A DNA stretch of 63,933 nucleotides, filler included, from Asterionella formosa (taxonomy: Eukaryota), in the NCBI GenBank assembly GCA_002256025.1. It is 3 parts of 3 records of this genome, joined end to end, with 100 filler letters (N's around TTAATTAATTAA, not from the genome) between each part and the next. Parts side by side here need not be neighbours in the genome. Positions count along the whole stretch, not along the records: positions 31,021 to 61,884 come from NKIB01000780.1; 2 more parts are not named here. One strand, 5' to 3'. This document shows positions 49,320 through 61,304 of the stretch, one piece after another (the stretch's first letter is position 1; the number at the start of each line of letters is the position of its first letter). Under the pieces are notes generated by a model, which had not been told where the DNA came from, ran no database searches, and worked only from the letters and a program-made list of their open reading frames with translations. The position numbers and the translations under genes were made by a program.

Positions 49320-49750
49320 CATTGAGAAATCCAAGTTCGAAACCTCATAACGGCTGCAGGACTTCTTGTGGCGGCTGGACGCTTTAAACTGGGAACGGAA
49401 GCACTGGACAATATGACTAGGATGCAAAGAAGAGAAGAGGAGAAGGTGAGTGAGAAAGCGAATAAGAAAGTTATGAATTACACAGCAACATTGAACAAGG
49501 TGCAAGCGATCAGAGCTCTTAACAAACAGGAACACGAATACACCTTTTCGCAAACAAAAACAATGGTGTCTTGGTGGTACAAACGAATTGGCGATGCGCC
49601 ATTACCTGCAACAAATCATCTACTGCTTACTTACCAGATATATTGATACAATGGGATGTGGCAAGCACCAGTCCCAGTTGCCGGAGCTATACCACCACCA
49701 GCAGCCTCAGTTGAAGAGGATGACGAGGATGAAGTCGTGGTGACAGAAGA
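49320..49750 (+). pseudogene. Fragment of a pogo-like transposase C-terminus
   Basis: AAGRFKLG...WYKRIGDAPLPAT is paralogous to AAGNCRLG...WYKLEGDAPVPNT in the 32736-33431 ORF. Confidence 0.75.
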
Positions 49751-51049
49751 TTGATTTATGTGTTCCACATAATAAAACGACGTCGATTTGTTGTTGTTGT
49801 TGTTGTTGTTCTTGCCAGTGTGGTATGGTACCCTGGTACCTGTTACCAGAGTACCGGTACCGTATAGCTATTGTTGCATATAGATATGATATATCGGTAC
49901 CGGCATATGATGCGTCCTATATGAAGTGATTCTGCGACAATATTAATTGGGTTTCTAGTGACTACATTCAAAGTAGTCAATATGGAATCCTACGTTTAGG
50001 TAACTTTGGGAGAAAAAAAAACTAAACAAAATGCATTTGGGTAACTTATTGGGATATGGGCACGGAATCCCCTAAACGTAATGCGTTTGCGTTGGGTTTT
50101 TCACTCCTGATAGCATCGTTTTTTAGGGTTACCGAAACCAAAACACTGTTTGGTTTGCGTTTTGGTCCACTGTTAGCAACGGCCTAAAGTAGTGAAGGAC
50201 TAAATGGGCTATACTTTAAGCAAAACTAACAGTACTTGTAGCAATATTTTGCATAAACTACAGGTAGAAGTCCTTAAATTCATATTCTGGTTGCTAAACT
50301 AAATGCCGGTAGACAAACATACCTACCGGTATACCGGTGAACCTTATTTCATATGTACATACCGGTATAGCTGCCTGTGTCACTAATAGAGAAGGAAGGT
50401 TAAAAATAACCGGCTATGGTACCTGGTACCATACCAGTATTGCAATTCGAAACTTCGGCTTTTGGCTGCAGCCAATTCCTTTTGTTGGAGAAATTATTTT
50501 AGGAAAGAAAAATCCCGGTATGAATTACCTATTTACTACATATTGAATCGAATGAAGCTAAGAATATGGTACCAGAGAAAACTCAGAATTCGAAAACAAT
50601 CTACATCGCCAGTAAAACACAAAATTCAATTAACGCTCTTAGGAATGATTACAATCGATTACTGCAACATCGTTGTTCATAACTACAGCCTATTTGGTTC
50701 CTAACGTGTCCTTACAGGATACAAGAAAGCAATAGAGGGTTTCGGGACGCAATTTCAACAGTTTTAATAGAATTAGCTAGCCAGCCAGGAAGCGCCATAA
50801 TATTACAATCAACAACAGGCGGACCGTGGAGAGTCCGGGGACAAGATTTGAGGGTACCAGACCATCCAGAGTCTGAAGAAGTCGCACAAGGTGCATTAGT
50901 ATGAGTAGCAAAGAAAAGTTTTCCAAGAAGGCTCAGGCCAAGGGCAAGTTTCAAGCCAAGGGAGGAAGCAATCATGCTTCTCACACCATCAAGAAGTCAG
51001 TTAATGACTATAACTACTACCTCGGATCGACGAAGCAGGCATCTGACTA

Positions 51050-51411
51050 TGAGACACCTTTTCCGCCTTAAGCTCTTGTATTGCAAGTGCATGCTCCCAA
51101 ATACGCTTATGTATGGTCTTCTCTACCATGTTGTAGGATCTGGCCAATTCCTCTTCAGTCTTAAATGTACTCAACCAATCCATTGTGATCAAGAAGAAAA
51201 GAGGGTCAGGCTTGTTAACTCGATCTGTACCAATATGATCCATTGACTCCAATGCAGAAAATATCTTCATGGAACTCTGTGGACTGAGACCAAAGAATGA
51301 ACAAAATCGTCAAAGTTTCATTGCATCGCAAGTTCTTTCATTCCTATTCTCATCAAATCCTGCATGAAGAAGGCCCAGATCAAGAAAATCGGAAGTAGAG
51401 AGAGGGAGCAT
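51050..51411 (-). pseudogene. Fragment of an ISL2EU/PIF-Harbinger-like transposase N-terminus
   Basis: KL*RFCSFFGLSP...PLFFLITMDWLSTFKTEEELA...EKTIHKRIW...IQEL matches the RF.SFFG...L..L.FL..Y.TE...KT.RKW pattern. Confidence 0.6.
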
Positions 51412-53200
51412 GGAATGTTAGAAGGAAAGGACAGGCGATTTTGTTTCGTTTAAATTGTTCATTGAATCACTGATGCATTATGGGTTTGTTTGAAAATATA
51501 TTTTGTTTGACTCTATTATATCACTGTTACCTGTCTTGTGTTTTGCCAGTATAATATGATTTTATTATGACAGGTACTGGTAGTAGGTGGGGTGGGTGTG
51601 ATGGCAGTGAAGGGTTGAAATGGTGACATCACACATGAAGCAAAATTGCGACTTGAAGCAAACCTACTTTAAGCAAAATCGATGGAAGCAAATGGCAGAA
51701 TAAGCAAAACAGATTGGTCTCAATATTTTAGGCTTAAAATAAGATTTATCTAAATATAATTCGGAACAACAAGCCAAAGAGTTACACATGTATCAACTTG
51801 CAAGTGGAATCACCATATTTCTGGGACGACGACATACGTAGCACAATAAACAAAATTACCGCAACTTGCTGCTATATAGGTTTACAAATGGTACTCCCTC
51901 TGTCTAGTAACAGTTGCATCGATTTGCCGGCACCACCAGTGTCTTTACTGTTTGCATATGAAGGATTATGTAGACAACATACCAAATTTCTACGTGAGGG
52001 TCGGCTTGCTCGAAAAAAGGCGTTTTTTATGAGTTACATAGACATGAACATATACTCGGTTTCTGTAATTAAATTATTAGCATTGAAATAAATTAATCAA
52101 AACCAATTTAACAAACGCATATTCATTGCATTAATGAACATATCGCCAACTGCTGTTTCACATCGGCCGGCCAGTCAAATATTTGTGGGAAACCAAATAC
52201 AACAAGCCACTATCATAATTATAACTTGAATAGAATAATTGTCGTTCGATACACTTTCTACGGTTGTTGTACTTACGAGGACCATACCACCGGATGTTTA
52301 ACGGTTACAATCCTCAAAACGAGCATACCGTCGTTTTCTTAGTTCCTATCATCACCACTTTCGGGGTTGCACATTCCATAATCATAATTGAACGCAGTTG
52401 CCTTTGTACGTAAGTTGAGAATAGATGGTTCGAAGAAAAATGGGTCCTCATGCATCTGCATTTTGCTCGAGATGAGCAAAAGTGGAAGTCGAAAAAGCCG
52501 AAAAACGTTTTTTTGAAACGTAATTGCCAATTTTAATCTTTCTATAAATAATATATGCCGGTATATGATTCTGTAGCTTAGAGCAAGCCGCACAATAGGG
52601 CAATTGAGCCGGAGAAAATCGTAGGAGTCAAAATGGCCCCGGATAAATTTGATTTATCGATGCAACTGTTACTAGACAGAGGGAGTACCAGGTAACAATA
52701 GACTTGTTGTATTGTATATATAATATGGAAGTTGTTTCAAGCAAAGCTATTATTTCGTATAAAAACGTTGGTTGGAGTGAAGGAAAAAGTGTTGGAGTAT
52801 ATAATAGCATGCAGCTTGGTTGAGCTGGTATTAGCCACTGCACCATACCTTTTCAAGGAGTGGTAATTGCATGTATGTGCCATCAAGATAAAACTAGGCA
52901 GTCTATCATTTGTTGGTCAGTTCTCTTGTCCGACTTGAGGAGTGATGAGTGACATGAAGACAGAATATTTGAATAGTATATAAACAACTATGACAATTGT
53001 TACATTGACTCATGGTACCAGGAAGGAAGTTTATAATACACTCACAATAGTTGATATAGCATACAAACAACAACCAGTATAACAATTGCTATATTGACTC
53101 ATGGTAGTTTATACAATACACACTAATACTCATCTATGCCCATCACCTCGTGGTGAGCAAACACTATATTCATTGTCCAATGCATAAATAGTACACAACA

Positions 53201-54709
53201 CTACCACGTTGCAGCATCATTCGTTGTAATGTCTGACATTCCAGCATATGAATGTTGATCATTATGAGCAGGAGGCATCATGGGTTGGGGTAGAAGGAAT
53301 GGTGACAACTCTCCATGCTCTTGCATCGAATCGACCCTACGCACTCGAGACCCACCATTGACATACACATGACATCGTGTCAGGGCATCGTACAAGGGTT
53401 GAGCTGCCGGTGGTGTTGGAATACTCCCACTCAACAACTCTTCTCCACTAACTGCCCGACCATAAAACTTCTCATTGACATCATGGCGCGTACAAATAAC
53501 TTTCCCATCTAAGGACACGCCAGCATAGAGTCCCTTGCTAAATGAATACGAATAAATGGGCGCCACATTGTGAGCCGACGCTCCGACATTTCCTTCCAAA
53601 GCTCGTCCTAGTGGTCCCACTGCCATGCCCACATCTACGCCCAATTGCAGTGATCCGTTGTTATGAAAGAGCATTTCCACTGCTGCATCAGTCATTAACA
53701 AAAAGACATGATCGGACAATTGAGCCCCAATCAATGCGCCCCATGATATTCCCGCGGAACCAATAGCGCTTGGAGCTGACCAAGCCCCATTAGGAAGTCG
53801 TGCCACCACCAATCCAGTTCCGAATTCTCCTCCAATCAATCCAAACCCGCCCTTGACAACTGTCATGACGGCCAATCCCTTGGCATCTTCCAAAAGTGTC
53901 GCTGGGATCCGAATCCCATCGAGATTCCCAAGATTTGGTGACACTGCCGAGCATGATTCCTTGCATTGCTGTGCTTCGTTTCCATAAAATGGCATTGCTA
54001 CAGTCGTATTCAGCAATGCGCCCATTCGTTTGGGCAAGGGCAAGAGGTTGTTGAGTGTATACGCTGCCTTGCGGACTTCATGCCCCAAGGTAAAGGCCAA
54101 TGGCGAGTTGAGCATTCGTCTCGCGTCTGTGGGATCAATATGATTGTAGCGCATGGCGTTTGAATTGGTCCGGCGTAAGTCATCTTGTAGGGGTGCTAGT
54201 TGGACACTGCATGGATGGCAAACTCGCAGGGGTTCCCTGGCGAGTTGGAATCGCTCTTCGAGTCCCTTGCCGTACATGACTTGATTGTGCTCCCCAGTGA
54301 AGGTGAGCATACGATCTGGATCTTGGTCTGGCGAGAAGGATATCTCTTCCTGGAATGGCTTCGCTTTCTTGCCTCCTTTGGGAGCCAACACGATACTCGA
54401 TGGAGGAATGAGGCGCTTGTAATCACTGCAATTGCCGCAAAAGATCTTTCCACAGAGTCGACAATGATGCTTTCGATTCAGCGGATGGAATTCGGCGGAG
54501 CAAGAACTGCAATAGTGTTGCAAGTCGTCGTATTCCCACGGAGAGGATAGATTCGCCACAGCGTGGTCGTCTTCGTCGTTGTTGTCATGTTGCTTGACTG
54601 GAGGAGCTGATTCGAGTCCGTCGTTGAGTTTGAGTGGTTCGGGCTCGTTGCCCTCTTCTGGTGGAAGAATGGCAATCGTCGGTTGCAGCGTCTTGCGGTG
54701 ACCACTCAT
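53201..54709 (-). CDS. FYVE zinc finger plus SYLF (Ysc84/SH3YL1, DUF500) domain protein, 502 aa
   Basis: FYVE motif WEYD...CSSC...RKHHCRLCGKIFCGNCS...RVCHPC; SYLF motifs GTGLVVARL...WSAPSAIG and SKGLYAGVSLDG. Confidence 0.92.
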   Translation of the reverse strand: MSGHRKTLQPTIAILPPEEGNEPEPLKLNDGLESAPPVKQHDNNDEDDHAVANLSSPWEYDDLQHYCSSCSAEFHPLNRKHHCRLCGKIFCGNCSDYKRLIPPSSIVLAPKGGKKAKPFQEEISFSPDQDPDRMLTFTGEHNQVMYGKGLEERFQLAREPLRVCHPCSVQLAPLQDDLRRTNSNAMRYNHIDPTDARRMLNSPLAFTLGHEVRKAAYTLNNLLPLPKRMGALLNTTVAMPFYGNEAQQCKESCSAVSPNLGNLDGIRIPATLLEDAKGLAVMTVVKGGFGLIGGEFGTGLVVARLPNGAWSAPSAIGSAGISWGALIGAQLSDHVFLLMTDAAVEMLFHNNGSLQLGVDVGMAVGPLGRALEGNVGASAHNVAPIYSYSFSKGLYAGVSLDGKVICTRHDVNEKFYGRAVSGEELLSGSIPTPPAAQPLYDALTRCHVYVNGGSRVRRVDSMQEHGELSPFLLPQPMMPPAHNDQHSYAGMSDITTNDAATW

Positions 54710-55535
54710 GCTGTATGTTTGTATGATGTGATGTGATGATATGAAATGATAATATGATGCGGGAAGTTGAAATGGACAGCGCTGACACGATACTACTGAT
54801 TTTGAGAAATGCTCTTGTCAAGGAAATCGAAGAATCATGGCTGCCTTATCGTCCGCCAAATATATATTTTACATTCGTGAATGAATATACCACCGGGACG
54901 AAATAAACTCACAATCACATCAATTGTTCCACCGCTCTGGCCGCGAACAAGACTCGATCGATTGCCGTACCTGGTACCGGTATCTTAGACTTTCTATTCT
55001 TCGTCTCACCCGCCATATTCAAGAAGCAAGGGTATCAAGCTATAGTACCAGGTACGATGTACTGGTACCGTAGGCCACCCATGCATACATACCGCATGCA
55101 TGTACAGCCATACATAAGCGGGTATACGGAAGTACCGGTACTGCCTACTGGGACGTCCCGTAATCGAGATATTTAGCTTTTAAACAAAACGAATTTTACA
55201 GGACCTCCTTTCTGCTTCTCATCCCATTGTTTTGGTGGGGGAGTATCGTAAGTAGACTGCCGGTAATTACAGGTAAACTTGTACCAGGTACCTGGTAGTC
55301 TACCAATAGCAAGTTGAGGTAAATGAGACATTTAGCTGTGTTTTCCCTATAGTAAAAATTTCTTTTTACAGTCACTCCCACAGGTACCAGGTACGCACAT
55401 AAAACCAGGGAACTGGTACACCTGGTATACCATATATGAAAAAGAAGAACAAATTAATGATACATACCGGTATCATTGCATGTCAAATCCTCAATTATTT
55501 TTCAAGCCAGAGCAAATGTAATATATGGAGAAGCT

Positions 55536-56675
55536 ATGGTGGCCGATCACCACAGCGTTTCCTCTCCAGTCAACCTGTGGATTGATGCAGATCCTAGTGG
55601 CTTGGTATGGACAGGATTAGATTGTGACGATGATTTAGCCATTCTAGCGTCTCTATATTTGAATCAGACACGCCGTGATGCTGGCTGGACACTTGCCGGA
55701 CTCTCCATTTGCGGTGGCAACGCTCCATTAGAACATACGTGGGCCGACGTCCAGTTATTGTTGAGCCATGCTGGTAGCACAATGAAACCTCACAGAGGAC
55801 ATGGATGGCGATCCATGCATGTACCTTGGAAGGTCTTGAACTGGTTGCATAGACTAGCACCGGACATGTTGGATAGTGATGATGCAAGTGACGCCATTAT
55901 TGTCGCGTCGAAGCACGTACCGTTAACGATTCTCACGTTAGGACCAACCACCAATTTAGCCAAGGCACTGGACATGGATCTTTCACTTGCATCTCGCATC
56001 GCACATGTCTATGTCATGGGAGGAGAACTAACTCACTCTAGGATGGATCTTAACATAATGTCGGATCGAAGTGCCGCCCGGACCATTGTCAACGCCAATA
56101 TACACAAAACGTTTGTTCCCATTCAATTGTGCGCGCAAATTGTCATTACAGAACAACACGTGAAGGAATTTGAAAGAAATTGTTGCCCCACTGCAGCCGC
56201 ATGTGCGCTCTTGCCCAAAATGAGACAACAAGTACAACTCATGCCACAATTGGTCAACCGACATGTCATTCCCAAAATGACAAACAACTGGAACGCTTCC
56301 GAAAACATTCATCATGGTTTTATTCCATGGGATATGGTGGCATTATTGACCATTTCTCATCCAGAACTTTTTGACGAATGGAAGTATCATTATGCATCAT
56401 TTGAGAAGTGTGGAAGTGATGCAAATGAACCTTGTGATGGGACCATGGTGGTCAGAGACTATGAATTAAGTACAAAAAACATACTTAATTACAGTGGAGT
56501 GATTCGAGTTCCACATATCGTTAAGAATGAGACAGAATTTCTGCAGGTCGCATTTGAGATGCTGTGCAACGTTCCAGGTAAAGAATCACGATCGCCGCCA
56601 TTGTTATTGGGATTTCTTGGTCCAGCAGCAACTGGATTAGGAGTAGTACTCGTGTTCCTTTTATGGAGACTCTGA
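55536..56675 (+). CDS. Inosine/uridine-preferring nucleoside hydrolase family protein with C-terminal hydrophobic anchor
   Basis: WIDADP...DCDDDLA Ca-binding motif; GGNA, LGPTTNLAKAL, YVMGG and PWD motifs; tail LLLGFLGPAATGLGVVLVFLLWRL. Confidence 0.85.
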   Translation: MVADHHSVSSPVNLWIDADPSGLVWTGLDCDDDLAILASLYLNQTRRDAGWTLAGLSICGGNAPLEHTWADVQLLLSHAGSTMKPHRGHGWRSMHVPWKVLNWLHRLAPDMLDSDDASDAIIVASKHVPLTILTLGPTTNLAKALDMDLSLASRIAHVYVMGGELTHSRMDLNIMSDRSAARTIVNANIHKTFVPIQLCAQIVITEQHVKEFERNCCPTAAACALLPKMRQQVQLMPQLVNRHVIPKMTNNWNASENIHHGFIPWDMVALLTISHPELFDEWKYHYASFEKCGSDANEPCDGTMVVRDYELSTKNILNYSGVIRVPHIVKNETEFLQVAFEMLCNVPGKESRSPPLLLGFLGPAATGLGVVLVFLLWRL

Positions 56676-57882
56676 ATTTGTGCGGCATTCGGTGTTCGAA
56701 ATGAAACCCAAAAGGATGGAGCATACACCGAATTTTTTGGTGAACGTAACACGATGCAATTCTTCAATAGGGCAGGCAAAAGAACCGTCTCTTCTCATGA
56801 TGAGTTCAGGTGACCTGCAAGGTACTGTCAACATTTCAGGGCGACACTGTAAGAGATCATCGTAAATTTCTTCATAAACCCTTGTTAGAGGATCAAGTGA
56901 ATATTGTGCCAGAAGGAGCAATGAGCTAGTACTGCTGAAGGAAGTAAATCATATAATTGAACGCAATATTGTACTCTGTTTATAGAAATAGAAGCTAGGG
57001 CGAAAATTTTAGTTTAGCTCTCCTCTTGCTCGAAGCGATATTGAACAAGGGACCAGATCGAAATGATGTTAGACAATAAATTTGGACTTCAAAGTACGGA
57101 GAAGAAATTTCGCTCGGGAATTGTAAATGATGAACAAAGCAAAGCTACATCAGTACCTGGCAGACTACCAGTACTTGCTTCTGTGGGCGTCTCGTCCTTG
57201 TAACGAAGTACCAGGTACCCCGGTATAATACTGACACTGTTTGTACACGAACTAGTCAACGCGTACAGTACCGGAACTCTTATGTTGTATCCAATTCAAA
57301 AAAGGGAAAAAGCAGGATTCAGAATGAAAATGAATTTGTCCCGGTGTCGTCTCGGACTCGACGAACCGGGAGTCATAATATGTGCACTTCTCATTCTTGG
57401 AATTCTGTTACCGGCCGGTACCGGTAATCGTAATCCAATGGTCATTTCACACCGTCACATCCCAGCGTGAAACGAACATCGCTCAAAAGTGCATGGCATC
57501 CATTGCTTTACTGGTGGTTTTATCAATTACCGGTCCCTCACACAACAGCGTACATGTAATTTCGACCCCACAGCTGTGAGTAGAGGAACCAGAACGATAT
57601 CAAAAATACCTGGTACTCATAGTCTCGTACACTCACCATAAAGTACCAGGTAACAAAGATTCACAACAGTCGTGTGTAAAACAGTTTGTTCAACAAACGA
57701 CGTGGTTCATAATGAGAATTCCAAGACATTTTCAAGTCACCTTGTTTTGTTGATGCATCACACGTAATCACAAGGGTTTCTACGAATGTTGGCTGACACT
57801 GCTAATTACAAGCCAATACGCAATGTTTTCACAAAAATGATTTTGGCCACTGATCTACTAAACAACCAAAAATTGCATATTA

Positions 57883-58230
57883 TTGACATCAATAATGAAA
57901 CGTTCAAACATACTCCTTGTGGGTGAGAAGCGGATTCACATCACTGTATCCAACAAACAGAACGAGTTGTTTGGAAAAAGAGTGCATCGCAAGAACGTCA
58001 GAGTAACCTCGCACGTCGTTTGGGATGAATTGAGAAAGGAAATCGAATCACCTCGGTCTATACGAATGAAACACGCGTTGTTGTTATGGACATGCCGCCT
58101 TTGGCCACTACCGGTACTCAATGGTGGGTTAAGCAGTAGCATGATATCAGAAAAAGCAATACCATTCGCCACAATAGGATATATATGGGAAGCGTCGACA
58201 ACACAAGCGTTCGCTCAGATCTGAAAGTAG
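57883..58230 (+). pseudogene. Decayed copy of an unknown small ORF, paralogous to 60073-60480
   Basis: MKRSN...EKRI...FG.R.H.K...TSH.VWDELRKE.ES is shared between the two loci; downstream frameshifts in this copy. Confidence 0.5.
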
Positions 58231-58995
58231 AGGATGAGGGTTCTGTTTGCAAGCTGAACGGGTGTTTCTGCAACTTCAAGGATTTCAACTGGAGCACCGG
58301 GTATCACTTCGCTCTGTGTGTGAAAAAGCAAGTCCTCTCGAGCAAGAGGTAGAATATAAATCTAGCATATTTTGCTTGTTTATACATGATAGGTCTGTTG
58401 CAAGAAAGCGGCAATAGATTTCCAAGAAAAGACCATTCTATTCTTTACTTTCACATAGCTACGGTAGCATCGTACAAATATTGACCAAGGGATCGCGACA
58501 AAGTACCGGTACGTGATAGAGCTATGAACAGTTACGAACGTAATATACCGGTATAAACATGAAAATGGAAGAAATATGACAATATTCTCGAGTTTCAGCA
58601 AACGACGTCACCATTTGAATCCTAGTTCCGGTATTTAAGGCAACGAAAATGTAAATCAATTGTCCTCCTCCCCCACTTCATACAACATAATGAGCCAAGG
58701 GGTCATTTGACGGCGTGGTAAAATATAAACACAGATATCAATCAATTTATATTCAAATTTGGAAAAGAGCGAAATGTGGGTGGTATCAACTGGGCGTTTA
58801 GCCAGCAGCTACAACAGTGTCGCTACATATGTACAAGAATATCAATTTGTACCCAGATTTGGTAAAGATATGGCTGTGGTTGTCATCAACCGGGCATTTT
58901 GACCCGGTAAAACAGTATGTATGATATACCGGTAGTTGCATCGTCATTCTAAAAAAAGAAGTGCGGACAAACGACAGAAATAATAGAATTCTCCC

Positions 58996-59122
58996 GACAG
59001 TCGTCTCGGTCCCGAGACAAGGGTGTGTCTTTGCATCTTCATTCTGTTTATAAGAGGGAACAACAGATAGAAATAACAATAGCATTCTTCTGACAGTCGT
59101 CTCGGTCCCGAGACAAGGGTGT
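58996..59122. repeat. Two identical 31-bp repeats with an internal hairpin
   Basis: GACAGTCGTCTCGGTCCCGAGACAAGGGTGT at 58996 and 59092; GTCTCGG/CCGAGAC stem. Confidence 0.9.
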
Positions 59123-60072
59123 CATAATATTTTATCGTTTCAAATGGGCGAGCAATAGACTACCGGTAGGCATTTGGAGTGATAGCTTTACCAAATCATG
59201 AAATATTTGCAGGCATAGATACTTTTAACCTTGGACGAAGTGCAAAAGCGAAATCATGTAGCATATATCCGTAGTCATGACCGAACGGAGGCTTACGAGA
59301 CATTACAACAATAACTACCGGTATTTCATAACAGACTACCGGTAGTATGTCAAATTTACCGTCTTTCCACCAACAGAAATATAGCACTTGCTTGCAGGTT
59401 GCATTTTCAAATGAGGTGAAACGTGAGAATATATTTTACGTATGGGGGACAAGAGACATCGACACAAGAAAACTGGTAGATAATGTAGATTCGACATGCC
59501 GGCATGTACTAGGAACTCCACAATAGTCGAAGCTGCATAGCGCGTAATTAAAGTTTATCATTCGGTTCATATGCCGGTAACAATATAGACAGACTTCCGT
59601 TATTATAGATTAAAAAAAACAGGTAAATACCATATTGTGATGTGTTATACCATATTGTGATGTGTTAGAATTGTTAAGCGCAGATTTAAGTACTGGTAGC
59701 AAGCTAGTTTGACATTTGGTAAAATTGGAAAGCATAGAACAGTTCTTGAACTTTGTCCTGTTTTCCCACAACTTGCAAACATCCTGACACTGCACAGGGA
59801 AATTCATGAAGAGTGAAAAACAATTAATCGTAGATTTCCTAAGTCACTGGCTACTGGTGTGATTGTGTGACATTTGGTATGATAAAATTGGAGAGAAAAG
59901 CGCCGAACAATTCTTGAACTTTGTCCTTTGTTCAAATGTCCCTCCCCGACCCACAATTTGCTTACTTGCTGATACTGCATAGGGAAATAAAATTAAGTTC
60001 ATGAATTAAAAAAATACACCCAAAGCTGTCACATGACATGATTTACCAAGAATCAGTGATTGAGTACTACTA

Positions 60073-60480
60073 ATGTCGTCAATGATGAAACGTTCAAACC
60101 TACCCTTCGTTTATGAGAAGCGTATCAATTCATCGATCAATCAGAACGAGTGGTTTGGAAATAGAATGCACCATAAGGGTGAAGTCATTATTACTTCCCA
60201 CTTTGTTTGGGATGAATTGAGGAAGGAAGTCGAATCGTCCCTTCCTGTAATAAGACCCGAGATATTGGATATGCGGCTGCTTTTGGCTACAACTACTCAA
60301 GGGGTGGAGCAGCATGATATAGAGAGAGTAATACAAAGTCACAGCGAAAACAAATGCAGTGGGGAAAATCGCCTACACAAGCATGCCAAAACGAAAGCAA
60401 ATACTGTGGGACGACCGACAACACAAGAGGCATCCTTTGATCTTGGCTGTAAACTGGATTTTGCTGACAAGCGAGCATGA
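60073..60480 (+). CDS. Hypothetical 135-aa ORF (or pseudogene), paralogous to 57883-58230
   Basis: Open frame with peptide-level similarity to the 57883 locus. Confidence 0.35.
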   Translation: MSSMMKRSNLPFVYEKRINSSINQNEWFGNRMHHKGEVIITSHFVWDELRKEVESSLPVIRPEILDMRLLLATTTQGVEQHDIERVIQSHSENKCSGENRLHKHAKTKANTVGRPTTQEASFDLGCKLDFADKRA

Positions 60481-60578
60481 TGATGTCATTCCTTCCGCCC
60501 ATCATTTCGCTTAATATTAACCTATCCAGAAAAAGCGATATTTGTTTCATAGTGTTGCAATAATCAAACTGTTCTATT

Positions 60579-61304
60579 CTAGTCATCACTAGTGATTTGA
60601 ATATGCTCCATACTCAAGGCCTTCTCCGTCAAGTGGCCTGTTTTCCGAAAGATTTGGGCTCCGTTGAATCCAGATTGGACTTGCGCTCGAGGCCGTGTTT
60701 CCAAAGATGAGTCTGGAAATCTCATCCATCCCCACTTTTTATAAGTTTCGTCTCCAGTTTTCAATTCACCCTCCACAACCAAAATTTCTTCACCGCCGCT
60801 CACTGGCTGCAAGACCTGATTGGGTTCCAGCCAATACATTTGAACGCGTTCTCCCGTTTCTTCGTTGTAGTACAGCTCCATGACCCTTCCATTCTCTGTC
60901 GTACAAGTCGCTTTTGTTTCGTCCATCACGTTCACAAATAAGGGTCCAGAGAGGTCCTTGGTATCGGCCATTTGCAAAAGTTTTACAAAAATTGTACATC
61001 CGTCGTGGTCTACCCATGGAGCATGTTGTGAATCAATTGGATTTCGAACATAAGTCCCTTTTGTGAATTCTCCGAATTGATCCTTAAATGTTCCTTCCAA
61101 GACAAAAAATTCTTCGCCGCCAACGTGTGTATGCGAAGGAAATGTACTGTTCGGTTGATACTTAACAATTGTGGTCGCTCTCGCCCTTTCACCGCCGACT
61201 CGATCCAACATGAAGCGGTCGACACCAAACGATGGCGACGAGATGTACTTTGATGCATCGAAATGAACTCCAGCGAAGACTTTGAAATTGGAATGGACCT
61301 TCAT
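60579..61304 (-). CDS. ChrR-like double cupin (Cupin_7) protein, bacterial type, 241 aa
   Basis: SP..GVDRFMLDRVGGERARATTIVKY.P...FPSHTHVGGEEFFVLEGTF.D...GTYVRNP..S.HAP...GCTIFVKL; C-terminal KTGHL; intronless. Confidence 0.88.
   Translation of the reverse strand: MKVHSNFKVFAGVHFDASKYISSPSFGVDRFMLDRVGGERARATTIVKYQPNSTFPSHTHVGGEEFFVLEGTFKDQFGEFTKGTYVRNPIDSQHAPWVDHDGCTIFVKLLQMADTKDLSGPLFVNVMDETKATCTTENGRVMELYYNEETGERVQMYWLEPNQVLQPVSGGEEILVVEGELKTGDETYKKWGWMRFPDSSLETRPRAQVQSGFNGAQIFRKTGHLTEKALSMEHIQITSDD

Larger units (their letters stand above)
49250..51869. mobile_element. ~2.6-kb region bounded by the MITE-family TIRs and containing transposase fragments
   Basis: Left GCAAAATTGCGGTAATTTT and right AAAATTACCGCAACTTGC. 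Inside are a pogo C-terminal fragment (49320-49750, +) and an ISL2EU/Harbinger-like N-terminal fragment (51411-51050, -). Confidence 0.55.

Noticed and set aside
58996..59122. CRISPR-like palindromic repeat-spacer-repeat
   Set aside because: Only two repeats, a 65-bp spacer that partly repeats the upstream flank, no cas genes, and a eukaryotic context.
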